Shown here: one piece after another, positions 57,836-64,000 of the stretch
Layout of the letters: each line of letters begins with the position of its first letter
How positions within the stretch are numbered: the stretch's first letter is position 1
Source: a virus
Direction: 5' to 3' (one strand)
Virus record (IMG/VR): IMGVR_UViG_3300043399_000446
Span: 1-64,000 of that record
DNA length: 64,000 nt
Notes under the pieces: generated by a model
Seen by the model: the letters and a program-made list of their open reading frames with translations, nothing else
What the model was told of the DNA's origin: nothing
The model's database searches: none
Made by a program: the position numbers and the translations under genes

Positions 57836-58450
57836 TTTAACTTTTTTGTGTAACTCATCTATAGTGCCGTCGTTTTGAATTACAAAATCATATTTCAATC
57901 CCACGCTACTATACTCGCTAGCATGAATACCAGCTTTTTCTAATCTACTTCTTGCCATTGCCCAACCATAATGGCGATCACCTTTTTGAAATTCTTCAGC
58001 ATCAGCATACCATTCTGGATTCTTACCACGTTCGACTCTGATAGTCATCCCACCCGCGTTTTTAATAGCTTTTAGCTCATTAGGGAATCTACAATCAGTA
58101 ATTACTACGTTGTGTTTAGTTTGCCTAAGTTTATTTTCTACGCTTGCCACCCAGATGTCGTTGTGAAAGTTTTGACGACAAACTTCTGTGCCCCAATACT
58201 GTAGGATCCATCTTGGGGTAAGATGTGGCATTCTTAAACGCTCAGACCACCATGGGTCTACTTGCTCACGCCATTCTCTGCTTGCTTTAGTTGTACCTTC
58301 AAGCATTTCACGATTCCAACCAAAAACATTAGCGACAGCATCCTTTAAAGATCCTGCGAAGCTCATACGCTTAAATCCGTGAAATGTACAAAGATAATCT
58401 GCTATTGTATCTTTACCTGAACCAATTAGGCCTGTTATTCCTACAATCAT
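57818..58450 (-). CDS. deoxynucleoside monophosphate kinase (T4 gp1-like)
   Basis: GLIGSGKDT, FAGSLKD, TPR.ILQ.WGTE, DCRFPNE, HASE. Confidence 0.92.
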   Translation of the reverse strand: MIVGITGLIGSGKDTIADYLCTFHGFKRMSFAGSLKDAVANVFGWNREMLEGTTKASREWREQVDPWWSERLRMPHLTPRWILQYWGTEVCRQNFHNDIWVASVENKLRQTKHNVVITDCRFPNELKAIKNAGGMTIRVERGKNPEWYADAEEFQKGDRHYGWAMARSRLEKAGIHASEYSSVGLKYDFVIQNDGTIDELHKKVKLVVNF

Positions 58451-58522
58451 TGAAACCCCCGTGATTTCTTATGACATAGTATTACAACATAGATAAAATG
58501 TAAAGAGATAAGGTTACCTATT

Positions 58523-59308
58523 TTATCCCTGTACCCAAGTCAACGGCTGTGAATAGTCAACATAACGCTTGAGTTCATCAATCAAACGTTCTTGGTCAGC
58601 TTTGCTTTCAGCTTTCATAGCTGAACCATTCAATGTTGTGCCACCACCTGGACCCACAATACTACCATATTTTTCACGGGCCTCACCTATGATACCTTTT
58701 AGAACTGCTAGTGTATAGTCACCTATCCAAACACCAGCACCTGGATCTTGTAGTAGCACTTCTTCAGGTCTTTGGACATCTGCCCAAATAAGGACTCTCT
58801 CGCCTGTTCCTTTAGGGTCACGGACAATACGTAATACTTTGGTAACAGGGTCAAATGTATAGATAACGTAACCACCAAACATACGTGCAGCCAGTTCTAC
58901 ATAACCTGCGTAAAAGTCATAAGTTGCCATACCACCAGCATAGTTATAATTTAGCAGGTAAGTATTAAGGATAGCACTACTAAAAGGATCAAATGAAGAT
59001 GATGCTGGTCCTGTTTCCATACCCACGGTTCTGCGGAAGATTGATCTTACGTTTATGAATTCCTGTGGCAATGTATAAGTGTCAACATTCTTGACCACAG
59101 TCATTAATGTATATGATTCCGCTGTGGCATTTTGTGCCCGTTGACGGTAAATTTTAATGGCGTAATTATAAGCAGCTTCAAAATGCTGGGGATCTAACTC
59201 CAGGTCTACAATATCACCACCTAATCTTAGGCGCAGATTTTCAAACATTGCGTTTTTTAATTCGTCTAACGTGTATCCATTAGGTGTATTAAGTATATTA
59301 GCTGCCAT
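58523..59308 (-). CDS. neck protein (T4 gp13-like)
   Basis: LRLGG..VDLEL, KY....GPGGGTTLNG. Confidence 0.8.
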   Translation of the reverse strand: MAANILNTPNGYTLDELKNAMFENLRLRLGGDIVDLELDPQHFEAAYNYAIKIYRQRAQNATAESYTLMTVVKNVDTYTLPQEFINVRSIFRRTVGMETGPASSSFDPFSSAILNTYLLNYNYAGGMATYDFYAGYVELAARMFGGYVIYTFDPVTKVLRIVRDPKGTGERVLIWADVQRPEEVLLQDPGAGVWIGDYTLAVLKGIIGEAREKYGSIVGPGGGTTLNGSAMKAESKADQERLIDELKRYVDYSQPLTWVQG

Positions 59309-59370
59309 AATTTTAATCCATTTATAAATTTATTTATCTGGATTTTCTGGTTCTCTAATCATTCCTAGGC

Positions 59371-59398
59371 AAAAGGCGAGTAGATATGCTCTACTCGC
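59371..59398 (-). terminator. intrinsic terminator closing the ncRNA candidate
   Basis: GCGAGTAGA/TCTACTCGC followed by CTTTT on minus. Confidence 0.7.
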
Positions 59399-59399
59399 A

Positions 59400-59750
59400 A
59401 AAATAAAAACCATTCCTTAGGCTCTATTACAGAGGCGACGATGAATTTAAAGATTAAGGTGGAGGATTGTCTATGTCTCACCTACCCCTCAAGGGGACTT
59501 TACCATATTCGCTGCAAAGTCAAAACATTATTCATCGGGTAGTTTTGACCAGCCTGGGCCCTCTATCGCTATTACCATGACCCAGCAACATCAACCATTA
59601 AGATACAGGAAACGTTTCCGTCAAGGGACGGACGTTTAGGCATCATAGGGTAGTCCTGTAAATTCGGCGTTGGTCTCACCTGCCACCGTCACCCGTGAAT
59701 AGGGAACGGATTATAGACACACTCCAGGGCGTGTGTTTGCCCATTAACCA
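59400..59750 (-). ncRNA. large structured ncRNA candidate, family unassigned
   Basis: ORF-free, GC-elevated, at least 8 hairpins, G-U pairs only on minus strand, 8-bp long-range pairing, own terminator. Confidence 0.6.
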
Positions 59751-59761
59751 ATAATTATTAC

Positions 59762-60631
59762 TTACTTGCTATTTTCGTAAGACCATTTCCAAGTATAACC
59801 TTCTTCTAGACCTAAACTGTCACACAATTCATCAGTAAAGGTACCATCAATTCGTAATGTATATCTAAATCCTGGTTCAGGATCTACACCATGATAGTCG
59901 CGGTTATTGAAAAAATAACTTCTAGCTCCTGAAGGGAGATAATGTTTTTCTTTATTTTTTTCATCCCATATAAAGCTAGGTCTCCACCCACCATCAAAGA
60001 ACAAGTTTATATTGTGATCTTTATGTTCTGCTACGATACTATCTCTGTGTATAGTTACCCCTGCGTTGGGATAAGTAGTGAAGAACATTATTCTTCCTAT
60101 TTCTTTGAAAGGTAGTGTTTTTATATATTCTAGTAGTTTAGGGAAATGCGATGCTGCAGGAGTCCAATTATCATTATTTTGAGTTTTATTCCTGAAGTCA
60201 CCGTGCTTTAGATAAAGAGCAAAGAACCAAGGTATAGCTGACCCTAAAGCAAAGTACGCATACTTATAAAATGCCTGTATTTCTTGGCCTTTAGGGGCTT
60301 TACTTATCAGATCCAGTAAAGCGTGATGATGAATCCCTGAGGGATCTAAAGTAGATAGAATTTTAGTCCATGACCCGTGATTATCATATCGCAATTCTTC
60401 TTCAGGGGGTATATCACCATATATCATTCCCATCTTGTATTCAGTAGCTAATGCTAATCCTTGGCAACATTCTATATGTAATTCAGTATCCATACTATGG
60501 TCGATAAATTGATCCATAGATATTATCAGTTGTTTTTTGATACCTACACCTTTAGCTCCATATTCTTGGTATTCAAAATGGGGTATTGAAATGTTTCCTA
60601 TACTGAATATTTTATGTGCTTGGTTGTTCAT
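59762..60631 (-). CDS. cupin/2OG-Fe(II) oxygenase-like protein
   Basis: IHRD (HxD), FNNRDYHGV, LRIDG. Confidence 0.6.
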   Translation of the reverse strand: MNNQAHKIFSIGNISIPHFEYQEYGAKGVGIKKQLIISMDQFIDHSMDTELHIECCQGLALATEYKMGMIYGDIPPEEELRYDNHGSWTKILSTLDPSGIHHHALLDLISKAPKGQEIQAFYKYAYFALGSAIPWFFALYLKHGDFRNKTQNNDNWTPAASHFPKLLEYIKTLPFKEIGRIMFFTTYPNAGVTIHRDSIVAEHKDHNINLFFDGGWRPSFIWDEKNKEKHYLPSGARSYFFNNRDYHGVDPEPGFRYTLRIDGTFTDELCDSLGLEEGYTWKWSYENSK

Positions 60632-61056
60632 AAATCTCTTTCTTTTCTATTTTCGCTATAGAAGGGATCAAACTCTCCACCAGGATATCGTGCTTTTAGT
60701 TTTTCTACATTCTCAGCAACAACATCATTGGGATCGTAACCTAGTGCGCGGCAAGCATTTATCCAATACCAAATGATATCGCCTAATTCACGTTTCATGT
60801 GATAGCGATTTTCTTCAGTATAGGGCTTACCTTGAAACGCCATCTTTTTGACGATTTCACTAAACTCCCCGCCTTCACTTGCCAACCCAATACTTGCGGT
60901 AAGTAGTAAGGGCATGTTTAGTTGTAAACTATGAACAGCAGCCTGCCTTTCCAACTTATGAATAGAATCTATAAAAGACTCTACATAATTTGATTGGTTG
61001 CTAGTTACGCCAGCTACAAACTCTTTGTATTTGTTTAAGTCGATTTTTTTATCCAT
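60628..61056 (-). CDS. mazG: MazG-like NTP pyrophosphohydrolase
   Basis: GLASEGGEF.EIVKK, ELGDIIWY, NVEKL.ARYP. Confidence 0.88.
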   Translation of the reverse strand: MDKKIDLNKYKEFVAGVTSNQSNYVESFIDSIHKLERQAAVHSLQLNMPLLLTASIGLASEGGEFSEIVKKMAFQGKPYTEENRYHMKRELGDIIWYWINACRALGYDPNDVVAENVEKLKARYPGGEFDPFYSENRKERDL

Positions 61057-61064
61057 ATTTTTCC

Positions 61065-62297
61065 TTAGAATGCTTTCAGCAGAATCATATCAGCGTTAAA
61101 CCTGCCGCTAGGGTTACCAGCTACCGCACGAATGTCTTTGAAATATTTCCGTGCCGCAGGCTTGCTACCCATGATCTCCTTGATTTGTTCAGCAGGACGA
61201 CGCAGCGTTTTCATTTCGCTTTTCAGCGTATCAAACCCCAGAAGCGTATTGCCCTTGACCGAGAAAGTCTTGGCAAGATCATCCGCAACATAGTGGTGCA
61301 GCTTGCGTTTCGCCGTATCATAGACCCACGCCTCACTCGCCCCCAGCAACATCTTGGGATGAATGCTGACAAGATTCAGCTTAGTCTCAGCGTCCTTGAA
61401 TTCCTTCAGGAACTTGAGTTTAGCTACAATCTTCTCGGGCGGCACAGCCTTACGCTTGCGCGGCGCTTTCGTAGCCTTTTTGTTGCTGACATAGCTACCC
61501 ACACTAGCCAGCATAGCTTCGATAAACTTGATCGTGTTTTTGACCTGAGTTTTCGTAAGATGCGAGTACGCTTGAACCAGTTGCGGGTCCCTACCCTCAA
61601 GCACCTCATTGTACTCTGCTAGCTTGCGCTTCCAAGCATCAGTAACAATTGAAGTATGCTGAGGCATAACATTGTATTTTGTCAGGAACCCAACAGCATC
61701 AGCAGGCGTATTAGCCTTCGATCCACCAAGATTGAAGTCATCCATCACACCTTCAAGCTCACCCGCAGCTTGACGCGCCTTTTCACGCATCACTTCCTGA
61801 ATATTAGGACGTGCTGCGGCGTCTTCCTTGACCTTCTTCTTGCCACCAATCAGTGACTCGACCCTGACAATGGGAGCAAGGAGACGGGCAACTTCAGCAT
61901 CCAGTTGCTTTTGTTCCACCTCAGTAAGGATCAGACCACGTAGAGTGAGGCGAGCCAGCCAGGCATACGTGGGAATAGCGAATTCGCTGTCATCTACCTT
62001 AGCCATGATTTTGGCTTCAGTAGTCTTTCCGTTATGGAGAAGGAACTGAATCATCAGGTCTTTGGCATCTTTACGACCATAGAACCTGTTGTACCAGTGT
62101 AGCGACGTAGCAAGGACGCTTTTGCGAACATCCTCATTGGGCTGAACCGTAAACTCAGGTTCATACCCAATACGAGCCACTTCAGGATCTTTAGGATTGA
62201 GAGCCTTGACGGTAGCAGAGTTGTCGATCAGCATCGACTTTTTAGTCACCCTACGTGCGACAGGCTTAGCAGGCTTTACAGCGGCTTTACGAGGCAT
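61065..62297 (-). CDS. early hypothetical protein (basic, GC-rich coding sequence)
   Basis: 410 aa, consensus sigma70 promoter upstream, C-terminal KTLRRP...GRFN...LLK. Confidence 0.8.
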   Translation of the reverse strand: MPRKAAVKPAKPVARRVTKKSMLIDNSATVKALNPKDPEVARIGYEPEFTVQPNEDVRKSVLATSLHWYNRFYGRKDAKDLMIQFLLHNGKTTEAKIMAKVDDSEFAIPTYAWLARLTLRGLILTEVEQKQLDAEVARLLAPIVRVESLIGGKKKVKEDAAARPNIQEVMREKARQAAGELEGVMDDFNLGGSKANTPADAVGFLTKYNVMPQHTSIVTDAWKRKLAEYNEVLEGRDPQLVQAYSHLTKTQVKNTIKFIEAMLASVGSYVSNKKATKAPRKRKAVPPEKIVAKLKFLKEFKDAETKLNLVSIHPKMLLGASEAWVYDTAKRKLHHYVADDLAKTFSVKGNTLLGFDTLKSEMKTLRRPAEQIKEIMGSKPAARKYFKDIRAVAGNPSGRFNADMILLKAF

Positions 62298-62327
62298 AGT
62301 GTTTCCATGTGAGTAGACATTTCAAGC

Positions 62328-62356
62328 ATTATAACAGAGTGCCTATTTATTGTCAA
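62328..62356 (-). promoter_or_regulatory. consensus sigma70 early promoter
   Basis: TTGACA-17 nt-TATAAT. Confidence 0.85.
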
Positions 62357-62537
62357 GTTTTGGTGCCCGATTTAACTTAAGGCGCCAAAACATCCGCCAG
62401 CGAATGCTTTGTGGGGTTTTGTGTAGACTTTGCGTCCCAGTCAGCCATTTACCGTCAATAAGTTTGCCAAAAGGCTTTGGTTTAGGTTGACCCTTTAGCA
62501 ATCGGCGTGCTACTTGTTCGTAGGGAGAAAGTTTCAT
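62343..62537 (-). CDS. small basic early protein
   Basis: MKLSPYEQ start 7 nt after -10 box. Confidence 0.55.
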   Translation of the reverse strand: MKLSPYEQVARRLLKGQPKPKPFGKLIDGKWLTGTQSLHKTPQSIRWRMFWRLKLNRAPKLDNK

Positions 62538-62544
62538 AGCAACT

Positions 62545-62573
62545 ATTATGACACGACCCTCATTTATTGTCAA
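62545..62573 (-). promoter_or_regulatory. sigma70 early promoter
   Basis: TTGACA-17 nt-CATAAT. Confidence 0.75.
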
Positions 62574-62609
62574 CTTATTGAACCAAATAACTTTGCGATA
62601 AATAAGAGT

Positions 62610-64000
62610 ATGCCCAAACTATCTTTATACAAACCAAATAAGCAAAATGACTATAGGTTCTTTGATCGTACCATTTCAGAAATGTTTACGGCTGGAGCCA
62701 CTGATTTGTATGTACACAAGTATGCGGGCGTAGCCAATACAGGCCCAAGCAATGACTTTACACAGCCTGAATACGATAAACCAGATCCAACACAAATACA
62801 AGATTTACTATTCTTAGAGAATAGGGATCGTGTGTACGACCAAAACATTTATAGATTACGTGGTCACTACAATGTACAGAACCTGGACTTCGACTTGAGT
62901 CAGTTTGGTTTGTTTCTAAACAATGATGTGATCTTTATAACTGTACATTACAATGACATGATCGACATCATGGGTCGCAAGTTGATGGTAGGCGATGTAA
63001 TAGAACTACCCCATCTTATTGATTACAATCCTCTTGACGAATCATTACAGTATGCTTTAAAAAGATTTTATCAAATCACTGACGCAAACTATGCCAGCGA
63101 AGGTTTCAGTCAAACTTGGTTCCCACATCTTTGGCGTATAAAGTGTGAACCCTTAATCAATAGTCAAGAGTTCCAAAACATACTCAACAAACCCAACAAT
63201 GAAGATAACTATTTGGGCAATTATGATCCCGATAAAACTTATCCACCTGGGTATACGGTTCAGTATGGCGACAAAGTTTATGAGTCATTGAAAGAAGTTC
63301 CTATAGGTAAAAATCCACCCGATCCAGAATTTTGGAAAGAAATACCTGAGGGTGGCACATTATCTGACATTATTTCAACTTATAATAAGAATATCGCAGT
63401 TAACGATGCGATGCTTGAAGAAGCAAAACGATTGCTACCTAAGTCAGGATACGATACAGGTAATCTTTATGTCGTGCCAACTTACGGAGTAAAATCAGGT
63501 AAATTTGACCAACCTGCACCACCTATAAACATTTTGGGTAGTCCATTAGGATTAAGTGCTGTTATAGGTACAGTTGTATTGATGAAAGATCCCAACTATA
63601 AGAATAGTAGCCCTGTCATCAAAGTGTCAAAGCAGGCAGTGCAGAGCTTTTGGGACATGACTGCTGACATGGATCACATAAGCGATCCATTAGACGCATT
63701 CGTTGCTTTAAGTTTAGAAACAGATGAAATAGCTCCTGAAAGAACATCCACAGGATCGGGTGCAGTAAGCGGTGAGAAAGTTGTTGTAGCACAAAGTAAT
63801 GGTATCATTTTAGGACCCTATGGTACCGCCGATAATACTTACGCAACTGCTGACCAAGATCCAGTAGCTCCTGGATTTACAGGTACAGAGCCATATGGTC
63901 CCAATACAATGAACTATCGCGCAGACTGCGATCCAAGATTTCAGTTCATAGCGCGTAGCAGTCCAAGATCATTTGGTTATACTACAGGATACCTAACAGG
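62610..64000 (+). CDS. neck/head-closure protein (T4 gp14-like), partial
   Basis: Not in ORF track (no stop in window); MPKLSLYKP...DLLFLENRDR...LSQFGLFL...GDVIELPHL; GATAAATA 5 nt upstream. Confidence 0.7.
   Translation, partial: MPKLSLYKPNKQNDYRFFDRTISEMFTAGATDLYVHKYAGVANTGPSNDFTQPEYDKPDPTQIQDLLFLENRDRVYDQNIYRLRGHYNVQNLDFDLSQFGLFLNNDVIFITVHYNDMIDIMGRKLMVGDVIELPHLIDYNPLDESLQYALKRFYQITDANYASEGFSQTWFPHLWRIKCEPLINSQEFQNILNKPNNEDNYLGNYDPDKTYPPGYTVQYGDKVYESLKEVPIGKNPPDPEFWKEIPEGGTLSDIISTYNKNIAVNDAMLEEAKRLLPKSGYDTGNLYVVPTYGVKSGKFDQPAPPINILGSPLGLSAVIGTVVLMKDPNYKNSSPVIKVSKQAVQSFWDMTADMDHISDPLDAFVALSLETDEIAPERTSTGSGAVSGEKVVVAQSNGIILGPYGTADNTYATADQDPVAPGFTGTEPYGPNTMNYRADCDPRFQFIARSSPRSFGYTTGYLT

Noticed and set aside
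59400-59750. tmRNA, RNase P RNA or tRNA identity for the structured region
   Set aside because: No tRNA-like GTTCRA arm with CCA end, no GAGGAAAGTCC-type P4 signature, no tag ORF recognised
366-62848. Many 60-190 aa ORFs antisense or out of frame to long genes (e.g. 18244-18726, 40128-40706, 45070-45585, 61185-61622, 62651-62848)
   Set aside because: Shadow ORFs over motif-bearing genes, without SD/promoter support or recognisable motifs
1-64000. Stop-codon reassignment as in some jumbo phages
   Set aside because: Code 11 gives full-length genes at high density; TAA, TAG and TGA all end genes
1-64000. tRNA genes, integrase or IS elements
   Set aside because: None recognised by eye; intergenic gaps are short and otherwise explained

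Overview
64 kb segment of an AT-rich, large T4-like myovirus (jumbo-phage type), standard genetic code, almost all genes on the minus strand. Left to right: a partial GIY-YIG endonuclease; a guanine-modification block (GMP reductase, GT-B glycosyltransferase, QueD-like, 2OG-Fe(II) oxygenase, TGT/DpdA-like); replication genes (sliding clamp, family B polymerase, DsbA/GapR-like); a ~17 kb late block in which many proteins start with a T4 capsid-targeting-like peptide (two kinases, amidoligase, peptidase, NTase/ART-like fusion) plus tilS, dps and a thermonuclease; ClpA, DnaJ, holin, PhoH, clamp loader, GroES and a stand-alone DnaE fragment; a tail/baseplate/neck module (fibres, GH19 lysin, tube, sheath, gp4, gp13, gp14); dNMP kinase, MazG and early genes with consensus sigma70 promoters. 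Non-coding signals: a TAAATA late-promoter motif (often giving leaderless mRNAs, or lying inside RBS-occluding hairpins), pseudoknot-capable leaders on three homing endonucleases, a ~90 nt structured element at 12.9 kb and a ~350 nt highly structured ncRNA candidate at 59.4-59.75 kb. All calls are from motif reading by eye; no searches or folding programs were run.
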